Source: Cyanophora paradoxa CCMP329
Lineage: Eukaryota; Plantae; Glaucophyta
Length of the DNA stretch: 64,000 nt
NCBI GenBank assembly: GCA_004431415.1
Contig: QPMI01000425.1
Span: 55,262-119,261 of the forward strand
Direction: 5' to 3'
Within the stretch, counting starts at the first letter, position 1, and the number at the start of each line of letters is the position of its first letter. The notes under the pieces are model-generated. The model made no database searches, was not told the origin of the DNA, and was given only the letters and a program-made list of their open reading frames with translations. The position numbers and the translations under genes were made by a program. Positions 11,286 through 21,452 of this stretch are shown one piece after another.

Positions 11286-12668
11286 TTATGAACGAGATGA
11301 CCGAAGAATGCGCGTAGTAGGGGCTGTATAGCTTGCGCTCTGATTCTTGAATGATTTATACCACCTCTGACTGTTTACCTCTGAGAGCTTCTCAGTTCCC
11401 GCGATCGTTAATTTAGCGAGCTCTCTCAGCGCCCTCTTTGTCTTTTCTGCGCGATCTTCCAATAATGCGCCTTTTGGAACACTTGCGGCGACATCTATGC
11501 CTTCTTTTTGAACCTGCCGGATAGAGGCGGCTTCTATTTCGGCTGCTTTGATTGCGTTGCCTGATGGTTCCACCACAGCTTCGACCTCTGTAATGATCTG
11601 CAATTCGTGCGGCTTAAAAAGCTTCGGCATTACGTTTCCGGATGCATCTTGCACCTCTATTGCGTTTCCTCTCCTTCCCGCAATTTTGTAGACCTCTCGG
11701 CTATACCTTTGGGTTGCCCCTTTATCGAATTTCGATCTCGGCAATAACAGGCGGACGTGGAGACCCGGCTTAAAGTCGCTGAATATATCCTTGACGATTG
11801 TGTTCTTTCTTGAAATAATAGCCGCTCGGATCCGCTCCATATCTGAGAGCTTGACATCCCCGGGTTTCATTCCTATCGTTCTGTGAATGGTGTTGTTGTA
11901 ATTGAAAACAAAGTCGTCCAATTTATCCATAAATCGCACAGTGTTATAAGCGACACAGTAATTGTTTATCATCGTTTTAAGGGTCAAATGGAAGCGATTC
12001 ATTATTCCCAGCGATGTGTGATCTCCGACCTGTTTAAAGCGGTGCTCTATCGCATTATTTTTCACGACCTCCTGAAACTCCTTTGCGATGAATTCTGAAC
12101 CGTTATCTGTTTCCAATCGAATCATCGGAGCCGGGAGCTCTGTTAGCATCTCCGCAAAAGCGGCGGCAACACTTGCGCCCTCCTTATTCTTTAACTTCTT
12201 GGCATATGCTTTTCGACTTGTCATCTCGATGAGAGTAAGGACTGCAATGTAGCCGGAATTATAGCTGCCATATGAGAGATAAAAGATGAGATCGGCTTGG
12301 TAGCACCACGGCGGGGCTGTGATGGGAATAAAAGCGGTTTGGGTCGGTGCGGGGGGCTTCTTGTTGATCTGCATAAATTCCTGTTTCGCTGCGACATCTT
12401 GCACTTCTTTCAGTGTGAGGGTCTTGTCCTCTTTTCTCAGTTCTTCGTATATTGCGGATGGGTTCTTAAAACCTGTCTTCGGGTCATACATGCGTCGCAC
12501 GATCTTAGAGGACGGGTTAGCAATGCTAAAAGGAACATCTCCTAATAAATTTGATTTTGCTTGGCGTTTTGTAATTTTTTGGGGGACTTGCTCAGTTTCA
12601 GGAACCGCGATAGGTAGTATGGTGGTCTCTGTCTCCTCTCCCGCTACCCTTCTGACGATCCGTGACAT
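11286..12668 (-). CDS. Polinton-type retroviral-like (rve) integrase
   Basis: YQADL (D1), LETDNGSEF (D2), xRFHLTLK helix with N at the third acidic position, YNNTIHRTIGMKP, and VRLLLPRSKFDKG...YSREVY at the C-terminus. Confidence 0.93.
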   Translation of the reverse strand: MSRIVRRVAGEETETTILPIAVPETEQVPQKITKRQAKSNLLGDVPFSIANPSSKIVRRMYDPKTGFKNPSAIYEELRKEDKTLTLKEVQDVAAKQEFMQINKKPPAPTQTAFIPITAPPWCYQADLIFYLSYGSYNSGYIAVLTLIEMTSRKAYAKKLKNKEGASVAAAFAEMLTELPAPMIRLETDNGSEFIAKEFQEVVKNNAIEHRFKQVGDHTSLGIMNRFHLTLKTMINNYCVAYNTVRFMDKLDDFVFNYNNTIHRTIGMKPGDVKLSDMERIRAAIISRKNTIVKDIFSDFKPGLHVRLLLPRSKFDKGATQRYSREVYKIAGRRGNAIEVQDASGNVMPKLFKPHELQIITEVEAVVEPSGNAIKAAEIEAASIRQVQKEGIDVAASVPKGALLEDRAEKTKRALRELAKLTIAGTEKLSEVNSQRWYKSFKNQSASYTAPTTRILRSSRS

Positions 12669-12686
12669 TCTTCTAATTAACCCTGT

Positions 12687-15600
12687 TTATTTTTTGCTGC
12701 AATTGCACCCGTGATGCGCGAGTTGACAATTGTCTTTAAGGTGTGGGCGCTTATTATTGATGCGATCCACGACGAGCCTGTAATTCGGATCTTGCGGCTC
12801 AATCGGAATCGGAAGGGAACAGAGCGCACAGGCGCCCTTCTGTTGCTTCTTGCGCTCTAATATCCACTCTGGCGTAATATAATCCGCCTCGTCGAAATCG
12901 CGCCCGGCACGCTGATCCTGGCATTTATAACCGCGGATCTTCGTTTTCAGATATTCGATGTAGTCACTCTTTCCTTGGAATCTGTGAATCGGTGTATAAA
13001 TCAGCACAGTGGACAGATCGCGGTTACGAGTGAGCGCGGTATAGAACCATTCGCGAGTGGTATAGCGGAACGTAGCCTCACAAATGACAATGCCCGAATC
13101 AAGTGTGAGACCTTGCGTTGAATGACCTGTTCCTGCATAAGGGAGAGAAAAATGTTCTAACATCGCACACGGAACCTCGAACGTGACGCCATCGAAAACG
13201 TCAGTTAATGTGACCATTTGCTTGGTGATTTTGGTGATCCGATAGGTGTAATTTGTGTATGCATTAATAGACTCACCCTCAGACCGCGAAATGCGTAGAT
13301 ACCTGCGACAAACGACTTCCAGACCCTTGTAGAATTTGATTCCGTTGACCTCTACGGTTGCAATATTTACTTTTCGTCTATCGTGCATCAGTTTGTTATA
13401 GGCTAAGGTCATTTCGTTTCTGTAAGCGATGCCAAAGTAGCCGTCAGGAATTGCGTTTAGATCATTAATTGTCGGCAACCCGTATTTCGAGATAATCTGT
13501 GCGGCTTCGAGTCCGTTTTCGAAGAGATCCTCTTTAATCGCCCGAATTAATTCACGGTCTGTCTCCTTCTTGTGCCGCTTGTTAATGCGTAGACTCAGGA
13601 CGTTAGGGAACATGCTCTGCACAGCGCGCTTATAGTAGCCCTTGCGATCAGAAACCGATAGCTCATCATTAATCGGTTCATTTTGATAGGTGTCGCCATT
13701 AGCCAAATATTTGATATCCGGATAGCGATCGATAAACGACTTGATCTTAGCGAGATCTTTTACGGAATACGCGAATATCTCGTCGAACATAATGTGACTG
13801 AACTCGGAGACGAACGCCCTCTGGTCTTTTTCGCTCATAGCCTCTTCGTAGGTCTGATCATTTGAGACACGGATCCCGAGAACATTATACAAAGTGCGAA
13901 CGGTGATATTCTCGATTCCGCGGACTTTGAGAGAGTCCCTCAGCTCTGCGCACTGTTTGTTATAGGGGCAAATAACTAAGCAATTCGACTTTTGAGATGC
14001 GAAACAGTTAATACCGAGTGTCGACTTTCCACTTCCGGGCATGTCAGCAAGGACAAGCATACGATTATGGAGCTTCGCAACCCAATTAAAGCACTCCGGA
14101 TTAAATTCGTCCCTCAGCGAGAACCGGTTAATGAGTGTCTCGGGATCCTGAAATTCGAGAGTTACACCCCGTGGTGGGCGGAGTGCATTCTCAGGGCATC
14201 TTTTCCCGGGAATATAGCTGAATTTGCCCATGTTCTCAAACGCATTTCGGTCGAACTCTTTCTTACTTGTCCATGAACCTTCGATATATAGACAGTCCGT
14301 TCTGATCCCGGCAACCTTGTGCCCGCGCGCTGTCAGGCGCTTGTATTGCGCAAACATATTAGCGCGGTTACGATCGTAAATATGAAAGTGGATAGGAAGG
14401 AATCCGTTAACGAGCTCGCGGTGGGAGCTGATCTTAACGAAATAGATGTGACCTTCGAATTCGCTAAGAGTTTTGACACGTTTCGAATTCTTAGGATTGA
14501 AAGTAAACACCTCTACTGTTCCTCCGCATTCTTGGGCGAACCTCTCAGCCTCGGCACGGTTGTAGAACATTTTCGTGGATGTTTGCGAGTCTTGGAATTT
14601 GCCGAGCATTCCGATATCTTTCACTAAAAGGTGCTTCTTGTCTGTGGTTTGAATGTCACTTGAAAGCACTTTCTTCATCTCAGAGATCGACGTATTGGGC
14701 ACCAAATGCGAAGGCTCCGCGACCGCGATAATCTCTATCTTGTCCTTTACGTCCGCCCAATGCATGGAGAGAGTGTAGCCTGTCATGAAATTATAACAGC
14801 GACCACTCACGGAAAATGCGCGATCCAGAATAATTTCGATTCCGTCAATCTTGCGAGACATGGCGGCATCATAATCAATGTCCTCATCGTCGGCGAAAGT
14901 CGCTTGCTCTCTCTCAAACGCAACGACACGCACGTAGTAGATCGCGTATTCGAGAATATCGCTTCCCGCTTTAAAGGGAACGAAGTCATCGAATACATTG
15001 TATTTCGGAAGATATTGCATGCCTTTCAGTATCGAAGGATAGCACTTCGCCATATCGACAGCTGTGTAGGTAGCTTTCGGGTTCGGCTTATAGAAAAAGC
15101 CGCTTAGTGCGGATCGCTTGTAGTGCGTGAGAATTTCGCGCATGTTCGGGCTGTAATGTGAGATATTCGTCGCATTTAGTAGCGACTCGCGGAAACCCTT
15201 ACCGATTTCACAGACCTTATTATAATACTCTTCTGTTTCGAAATCTTGCTCAATAAAGTGGTCGGTTGTGCGTGGATCTTTGATAGAGAACATCGAGCCA
15301 TTAGCTTTGAATGTGATGCTGTCGATCTGTTTCGATGGTGTTAGCTTCACAGCGGGCTCATATCGCATTTTCAGGAACGTGAATAGAAGACCTTCCAGAC
15401 CTTCGCGCCCAGTGTAAAGAATGCGGATGAAACTGCGCTCGTCAGGCGATAGTTTTAATTGCGTGATCTTTAACAGATCCTTGGATGTGTGCGCGAAGAT
15501 ATCGTGAGTAAGACACGTCGGAATTTTATAGAGTGCTAACGAAGAGGTCGACTTAGGAACATGATTATCGAGCTCTTCGACCTCCATCTTTGCCATGCGC

Positions 15601-16997
15601 ATTTCGAGCGACTTGATGTTATCGTTGAATATATAGATATGCTTGTTGTGAATCATAAAGTGAATATTGCGGGGATTGATATTTTTGTTAATTGATTCTG
15701 CCGCGAATTTGTATACTAACTTTCCGTCGACATCAAAGACGCGGAAGCCTGTCTGGATTCTCTTACAGAATTTCTCAATATGGCGGAGGGTGAGAGCCAG
15801 AGAGTCGCCAGGTGTGCGTTCGCGACCGTGAAAGAATTTATAGAGACCGTCGTAGGACATAGTTAAGTCAGTATATCGCGGTTTTGGCGCCTCCTGACAC
15901 TTCTTAATGGACGCTCCCCATGTGGAGATGATCATATCGTAGCCGCAAGCGTTAGATGTCGATGATTTGGGAAGCTCAATAATATCTTCGAACTCAGACG
16001 CGTTTGGATTTAATGTGTAGTCTGTGAATTTGCTCATAATCGCGGTGCATCGCATGCTGTCCATTAGCTCCTCATCCAGAAACGCATAGCGATTTCCAGG
16101 GATAGCACCGGCTCCGTCATCTTCGACACCTTCGTCCCCATCGATCACGACCTCATGAACAGTTATAAAGGCATCATCGACACTGCCGCCAAAATCATCG
16201 AAACCTTTGCGTAGTTTTTTCTGTTCCTCGGTTGGTGGTGTCTTAAAGAAGAACATCTCGTATGCTTGTCCGAAAGTTCCCAGACCAATCTTCAATTCAT
16301 CGTAGTTTTCGAGTAAATCGAAGATTGAATCTCTCTCTTCCGAATAATAACGATTTTGAGCGGTGAGAATTCCATACACTCTATCGATCTTTGCCAGAGC
16401 AAAGTTTCGCAACACCCTCACCGAAACTGTCTCTCTTATATTCTGGTAGGTGACAAAGGTTCTGTCTTTTATATATGTTCCGGGAATTCCGGGAATAACA
16501 ATTACCTCCGACGACCGAGCACCGGATCCAGGTCCCCATAGCTTGAACGTAATTGTTGCGAGAGTTTCCGGATCGTATGCGGCGATTGGATCGAGAATAG
16601 TGCGTTTAATCGCATCCTCTACCGCTTTTAGTTTACCTCTCTGCTGCTTCGCTTCGAGTTTCGCTTCTTTCGCCCGTTTCTGTTCTCGTTTGCGATCGAA
16701 GCGCTGTAAACGCTTCGCCTCTTGTTCTTTTTGCTTTTGCTTTTCTATATTAACTTGGGTGCGAGCGGCGCGCTTCTCTTTCCGCTCTGCCCTGCGGAAA
16801 ACGCGGGGATTAATGATTCCATTCAGCGTATCCCGAATGTCTATCAGCGTTTGGAGCTTGGGCTTCCGATTCATTGTGTTGTGCATCGCCCAATGCGCCT
16901 GTTCTTCGGTTAGCAAATCCTGACTCAATCCCTGCATAATGTATCCGATAATTTCATCCCGAACATTGTTAGCGATTCTGTTGGTTGCGCGCGGCAT
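12687..16997 (-). CDS. Multidomain replication protein: N-terminal domain, vOTU-like protease, pPolB-like palm, SF1 (RecD/Pif1-like) helicase and C-terminal HNH-like Zn domain
   Basis: NACGYD...HNKHIY (Cys/His pair); PolB motifs AVDMAKCYPS, KDIGMLGK and IRTDCLY; helicase motifs DMPGSGKS, FDEI, GDTYQNEP, GHSTQGLT and YTALTR; CALC...DRINNKRPHLKDNCQLAHHGCN. Confidence 0.8.
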   Translation of the reverse strand: MPRATNRIANNVRDEIIGYIMQGLSQDLLTEEQAHWAMHNTMNRKPKLQTLIDIRDTLNGIINPRVFRRAERKEKRAARTQVNIEKQKQKEQEAKRLQRFDRKREQKRAKEAKLEAKQQRGKLKAVEDAIKRTILDPIAAYDPETLATITFKLWGPGSGARSSEVIVIPGIPGTYIKDRTFVTYQNIRETVSVRVLRNFALAKIDRVYGILTAQNRYYSEERDSIFDLLENYDELKIGLGTFGQAYEMFFFKTPPTEEQKKLRKGFDDFGGSVDDAFITVHEVVIDGDEGVEDDGAGAIPGNRYAFLDEELMDSMRCTAIMSKFTDYTLNPNASEFEDIIELPKSSTSNACGYDMIISTWGASIKKCQEAPKPRYTDLTMSYDGLYKFFHGRERTPGDSLALTLRHIEKFCKRIQTGFRVFDVDGKLVYKFAAESINKNINPRNIHFMIHNKHIYIFNDNIKSLEMRMAKMEVEELDNHVPKSTSSLALYKIPTCLTHDIFAHTSKDLLKITQLKLSPDERSFIRILYTGREGLEGLLFTFLKMRYEPAVKLTPSKQIDSITFKANGSMFSIKDPRTTDHFIEQDFETEEYYNKVCEIGKGFRESLLNATNISHYSPNMREILTHYKRSALSGFFYKPNPKATYTAVDMAKCYPSILKGMQYLPKYNVFDDFVPFKAGSDILEYAIYYVRVVAFEREQATFADDEDIDYDAAMSRKIDGIEIILDRAFSVSGRCYNFMTGYTLSMHWADVKDKIEIIAVAEPSHLVPNTSISEMKKVLSSDIQTTDKKHLLVKDIGMLGKFQDSQTSTKMFYNRAEAERFAQECGGTVEVFTFNPKNSKRVKTLSEFEGHIYFVKISSHRELVNGFLPIHFHIYDRNRANMFAQYKRLTARGHKVAGIRTDCLYIEGSWTSKKEFDRNAFENMGKFSYIPGKRCPENALRPPRGVTLEFQDPETLINRFSLRDEFNPECFNWVAKLHNRMLVLADMPGSGKSTLGINCFASQKSNCLVICPYNKQCAELRDSLKVRGIENITVRTLYNVLGIRVSNDQTYEEAMSEKDQRAFVSEFSHIMFDEIFAYSVKDLAKIKSFIDRYPDIKYLANGDTYQNEPINDELSVSDRKGYYKRAVQSMFPNVLSLRINKRHKKETDRELIRAIKEDLFENGLEAAQIISKYGLPTINDLNAIPDGYFGIAYRNEMTLAYNKLMHDRRKVNIATVEVNGIKFYKGLEVVCRRYLRISRSEGESINAYTNYTYRITKITKQMVTLTDVFDGVTFEVPCAMLEHFSLPYAGTGHSTQGLTLDSGIVICEATFRYTTREWFYTALTRNRDLSTVLIYTPIHRFQGKSDYIEYLKTKIRGYKCQDQRAGRDFDEADYITPEWILERKKQQKGACALCSLPIPIEPQDPNYRLVVDRINNKRPHLKDNCQLAHHGCNCSKK

Positions 16998-17166
16998 CTC
17001 TATTAGTTCTTTTAAAATAACCGGAGAAAATAATTTCGGCGCAATCTACCAAATTCTCCTTTTCATACCCTTGTCGCCAATTCTTTAAGTGCTTTTTTGA
17101 CGGATGCGGGGAATAAAAAGGGAGTTAAAAAATTAATCATTTTTTGCATCGTGCGGATACTTTCCG

Positions 17167-17580
17167 CTACGAAGTTTTTGCGTTCTCGACGACATGCTTT
17201 CGGGGTCTTCCAGCGGGCTTTTGCGGTTGGGGTTTAGCGGGCGGATTCAGCTTGCGTTCCGCTCTCTTTCTGCGTTGGTATTCCCTTGCCTTCTCTCGGA
17301 TTTTCTCCCGATACTCTTCATCATCTTGGTATCGCTGCTGTTTACGAATTGCAATCTTTTGTAGCTGCTCCGGGGTAAATACAGTCGCTTCCCCTGCGGC
17401 TAATCGCTCCTGCTTTTGTCTCTGATGCTTGTTTCGCTGCCGCTCTGCATCTTTCTCGCGTTTTAGTCTTAATCTCTCCGCCTTCTCCTCTTCTGTGATC
17501 ACCTTCTTCGGTCGCCCTGGTCTGCGCTTTTCCTGCTGTGCCGCCATCGCCTCTTGGTTTGAAATCTTGGGTTTCGCCAT
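17167..17580 (-). CDS. Small basic AT-hook DNA-binding protein
   Basis: RRPGRPKK and GRPRK motifs; RYQDDEEYRE shared with 55733..55960. Confidence 0.75.
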   Translation of the reverse strand: MAKPKISNQEAMAAQQEKRRPGRPKKVITEEEKAERLRLKREKDAERQRNKHQRQKQERLAAGEATVFTPEQLQKIAIRKQQRYQDDEEYREKIREKAREYQRRKRAERKLNPPAKPQPQKPAGRPRKHVVENAKTS

Positions 17581-17704
17581 TTACTATAACCGGAGAAAAT
17601 AGTTTTTTGTCACTCTGTATTATTTCCCTTGCCCTTATATACCTTTTACCGAAACCTTCAATTTTTGCGCTCGGATCGATACAAGCGCCACCGAAATTCA
17701 CCGC

Positions 17705-18118
17705 TCAATAATCGTTCCAGACGGTTCTTTCTTGTTGCTGAGGATATACATAAGGGTTTGTTAAGCTGTCATCGTCGCCTAATGCCATTTGATCCAATCT
17801 ATACATCGGATAAGGGGAGTCAGCGCGAAAATGTCCTTCCACAAATTCGGAACATGAGCGCCTTCTAATATGCTCTACATGCACGTCCTCTATCTGAGCG
17901 GTTTCGATATTAGAACTCATAGCCGTGGGCACAGGCGAGGGCGATCGAGAACGTGGGTGGTTGTGATTGTCGCTGTGGTTAGAATATACAGAAAGGCGCC
18001 TACCTCCATTCTCGTCGTCAGAAATATTAACCTCTACGGTTGTATCGCAGCAGGAGTTATGGCACGTGCTCGTGAAATGTAAATGAAACATCTCAATGCA
18101 TTGTGTGATGAAATTCAT
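17705..18118 (-). CDS. Conserved small Cys-Cys protein of unknown function
   Basis: N-terminus (IEMFxLH..S.CHxxCC...GGRRLS) homologous to 55299..55532. Confidence 0.75.
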   Translation of the reverse strand: MNFITQCIEMFHLHFTSTCHNSCCDTTVEVNISDDENGGRRLSVYSNHSDNHNHPRSRSPSPVPTAMSSNIETAQIEDVHVEHIRRRSCSEFVEGHFRADSPYPMYRLDQMALGDDDSLTNPYVYPQQQERTVWNDY

Positions 18119-18318
18119 CGATCCTACAAGGACGCAACGTATTAAATATCGGAGAAAATAAAAGGGAATGAGGCTATTGCTTGCTCGTGTGTTTCCTTAT
18201 GAGTTGGTCGACCTTATAATGCTGTTTATGGAGCCGACCTGTCCCTTTTGCAAGGGAATCCATATTAAAACTCGCTCTAAATACGGGCGGATTCATTTAT
18301 GTTTGAACGACTTGCATA

Positions 18319-18990
18319 TTAGAAGCGACGACGCCCACCGAACATAGATGACAGATTGGCACCCGGCTGTGCATGCACACCCGATGGGTTAACGAAACCG
18401 CCCGGCTTTGGTGCATTTTCAGCTATGACTGTCTCTTTTCTTTCGACTGTCTGAACATCGGGAACAGTCGCCCGCTTCTTTTCCATTTCCACACGAACCG
18501 CTTGCTTAATCAGCTTGCGCTGTTTGTATTCCTTAGTGAAATCATCAAAGGCTCTCACAGTAGTGTCGTAGGTAGCTAAACGCGCTTCCAGAGCCCTAAA
18601 CTTCTCCTCTAATTCCTGACCGACTTTCTCGCCCTTGGTCACATAGACAGATGCCCGCTTTTTAGGGGCTTCCATAGATGCAGGTAAAGCGGCTGTGGCT
18701 TCGGCTTTTACCACTTTATTATCAGTTAGCTTTTCGCCTGTGAGCTGTGATTCAGCAAGGGATTGATCCGCCAGCTTTCTATCAGTGGAATCGACCGGCT
18801 CCCGCTTAGCATCCACCTTTTGAGCACGCTCTGAAACCTTGGTATTCGGATCAATTAGGTCGAAATCTATTTGGTCAGAAGCCGCAGCACCACCAGTGCG
18901 ACCGGCATCCTCAATAGCAGTCGATTTACCAGCCACCGCAGCGCTTTGGTCGTCCATTCGAATTGCTTTTCGCGAGTTCTTGGATGGCAT
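18319..18990 (-). CDS. Conserved hypothetical coiled-coil protein (possible virion core protein)
   Basis: Same position and similar sequence (MPSK start, coiled coil, KETxI) as 54537..55271. Confidence 0.7.
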   Translation of the reverse strand: MPSKNSRKAIRMDDQSAAVAGKSTAIEDAGRTGGAAASDQIDFDLIDPNTKVSERAQKVDAKREPVDSTDRKLADQSLAESQLTGEKLTDNKVVKAEATAALPASMEAPKKRASVYVTKGEKVGQELEEKFRALEARLATYDTTVRAFDDFTKEYKQRKLIKQAVRVEMEKKRATVPDVQTVERKETVIAENAPKPGGFVNPSGVHAQPGANLSSMFGGRRRF

Positions 18991-19013
18991 TTACCATTAT
19001 GCGAGAAATTTAT

Positions 19014-19925
19014 TCAAAATTTACCCAATTTTTTCGCAAATTTTGGGCGGCGCTTTTCTTGGTATGCCAGCAATAGATTGGGGTCTTTGAGAAGGTCGGC
19101 TTCGATTATTCTTTTGGTGGATCGCTTTAAGGTGGCGACATTTCCACTCACAGGTTTCGTAATATCTGTGGTTTGGGGTTGGGCATCGTTTACCTCGCTC
19201 GAACTCTGTTTTACCGGCTGTTTACCAGCGGTCTTTATCTCGTCCACCGGCTTTTTAAAGAAGCGCTTGAATTTATATTCGTCAGGCACCGGATCAGCCT
19301 TGCCAACAGAGAATTCCAGGCTATATTTCGCATTGTTTACCACGATCACCTGATAGCTGTGACTGTATTCGGTCATCACCTTCTCGAACCACCGCTTTTC
19401 GTATGGATTAAACTCGTCCTCGGCGCTCTCCATCTCCTTTCTATTCGGCAATGAGAACAGGAATATATATTCGGCGTTTACTCTGAGTGTCGGCGAGATC
19501 TTCGTGAGTTTCTGTGACAAAATCCAGACGCTCACAAACAGATGGCGTCCAGCCGTGAAAAGACGATTTAATATAGGCTCACCCTTTCCCGACATCGATA
19601 AACTCGGATTATCAATAAAATCGTCCAGCACAATTAACAGGTTACCGACTTTCTCATTTTTCTTGATCCTCTCCTTGCGTTTCTCTATTATATTGTCGAT
19701 CAGCTTATGGTCGAAATCCTCATACAGATACGATGTGACATTGTCGTATTGATGATTCCAGATCGTGGAGGCGAAAATCATCACCGAATCTATCTTGTCC
19801 TCGTTGTGGTAAAGCAGGTATTTCAAAAACACTGACTTCCCAGTTGCAGTTTTGCCCACAAAAACGGCGCGATTCGGAAATTCCAGGCTTTCCGGGTCAA
19901 ACTCATCCAATCCTTGTGCATCCAT
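19014..19925 (-). CDS. A32-like (FtsK/HerA) genome-packaging ATPase
   Basis: Walker A GKTATGKS, Walker B LLIVLDD, GRH, SQK and LRVNAEY; probable start MDAQG at 19925. Confidence 0.93.
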   Translation of the reverse strand: MDAQGLDEFDPESLEFPNRAVFVGKTATGKSVFLKYLLYHNEDKIDSVMIFASTIWNHQYDNVTSYLYEDFDHKLIDNIIEKRKERIKKNEKVGNLLIVLDDFIDNPSLSMSGKGEPILNRLFTAGRHLFVSVWILSQKLTKISPTLRVNAEYIFLFSLPNRKEMESAEDEFNPYEKRWFEKVMTEYSHSYQVIVVNNAKYSLEFSVGKADPVPDEYKFKRFFKKPVDEIKTAGKQPVKQSSSEVNDAQPQTTDITKPVSGNVATLKRSTKRIIEADLLKDPNLLLAYQEKRRPKFAKKLGKF

Positions 19926-19971
19926 TTCCCTTATTAGAAAGATATAAAAATTACGAAACGCCACAGCCTGA

Positions 19972-21420
19972 TTAAGCGCTGATGCGAGAAATACCGTTGG
20001 CATTCATTACAAGGATATTGTGGCAGTAAGCCGAAATCTGAACACTGACCTTCGACCAGGTGGCGAGGGGTGTGCCATTGGGTGTGAGGATTAGGAAGCT
20101 CGACGCTGATTGCGTTAGATCGACGTAGCCAGTCGCCTTCTCACCTTTGAGCGCCGCTTTACCATCGAGAGCAAAGCAGAAGCCAGTGTAAATGGGGCGC
20201 TTGTTGCTATCGATCCAGTTGGTCATCTTGAATTTATCGGCGAGCTCCATAGCCGCAGATTGCAGCGGGACACCAGTGTTAGAATATAGGTAATTGTTGT
20301 TATTTAGAACTTGCATCACGACATTATCATCGAAGGCAAGGGTGCGGACAGTAGAGTGCCCTCCTTTATTATCGCCGAGTGTGTTTTCGTCGCGAACCTT
20401 GACAACAAGTGCGTAAACAAGTCCCGAAATTTGAGATAGCGACAGGCGCAGACCAGAGCCGAGAGCAAGACCGGTATAATCCGCAAACTGAATATCAGTG
20501 TAGGGGATGGCGATGCCAGAGGTCTTAACACGAGTAATGATTTCGCCCATTGTTTCCTCATCGATGTTAACAGCATCCATAATAAGACGAGGGGTCGTCA
20601 TTTCCAGATTCGCAAGTGCAGGTGTAGGTGTGAGAGCCGCACTATCGAAAATCGCAGTGGCATTAGGGTGAGCTAAGGTCTTAATATTTCCGAAAGCAGC
20701 CGCAACAGCAAGCGTCGTCTCGCCATCAGTAGAGTTGGCAGCAGTAATTGCAGTCGTGTTATTCTGAGCGTAAACGCCAGGAACCGCCGCAGTTTCGAGA
20801 AGCGCAGGGGTTTGGAAATATACTTCGACCGCGATTTCGGATGGGAGCGCACCGATGGGCACACCAGCATCGAGGAAGCTTGGAATTCGCATGGTAAAAA
20901 TGCCGCCAGCTTGATTGCCGCCCTCTACCTTCGGTCCGAGATGTAGCCCATGCTTGCGCTTCTTTTGCTCGAATTCAGCCGGAGAGTTAGCGAGGAAGGC
21001 GTAATCTACCAGTCGCTCAGCGGGAATAATTTGCTCATACGACCCGTATTTAATGCTGACTCGCTGAACAAACGATCCAGGAAGCCCGCGGACGAATCCA
21101 GTATTGAATAGATCAGCCGAGCAGTCAGCAGAGGTCTTGGCGATGGCAGTCAGCGCCTTCGCCGATGGAATGGTAACTTGGAGGCTAATACCATTGCACC
21201 AATTGTAGCGAGGGAGATAGAAGACCACACGAGTGGTAGCACCAGTAGAGGAGAACAGATTGCCGGGATCCGCAATTGGGAGCACCTCAACACGAGAAGG
21301 CTTGAATTGTTTATCAACGCCCACAATAAATCCGCGATCCAAAAGCATGCTCTTGTAATCCTCCGGGGTTTCCAGGACGGATTTGAGCGTGAGGCGGGAA
21401 AGCGAGGTCGTGGGATCCAT
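19972..21420 (-). CDS. Putative double jelly-roll major capsid protein
   Basis: 482 aa, beta-rich, between the penton and the ATPase; homologous along its length to 52293..53666 (F.LPRYN.C, LSQISGLVY, GYVDLT). The fold is inferred. Confidence 0.78.
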   Translation of the reverse strand: MDPTTSLSRLTLKSVLETPEDYKSMLLDRGFIVGVDKQFKPSRVEVLPIADPGNLFSSTGATTRVVFYLPRYNWCNGISLQVTIPSAKALTAIAKTSADCSADLFNTGFVRGLPGSFVQRVSIKYGSYEQIIPAERLVDYAFLANSPAEFEQKKRKHGLHLGPKVEGGNQAGGIFTMRIPSFLDAGVPIGALPSEIAVEVYFQTPALLETAAVPGVYAQNNTTAITAANSTDGETTLAVAAAFGNIKTLAHPNATAIFDSAALTPTPALANLEMTTPRLIMDAVNIDEETMGEIITRVKTSGIAIPYTDIQFADYTGLALGSGLRLSLSQISGLVYALVVKVRDENTLGDNKGGHSTVRTLAFDDNVVMQVLNNNNYLYSNTGVPLQSAAMELADKFKMTNWIDSNKRPIYTGFCFALDGKAALKGEKATGYVDLTQSASSFLILTPNGTPLATWSKVSVQISAYCHNILVMNANGISRISA

Positions 21421-21452
21421 ATTTCGTTTTATCTTCCGTTGAGAAATTAATT

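Noticed and set aside
13683-16923. Antisense ORFs inside the viral genes (also within 19-33 kb and 50-61 kb)
   Set aside because: Shadows of the long motif-bearing ORFs on the opposite strand, with no independent evidence.
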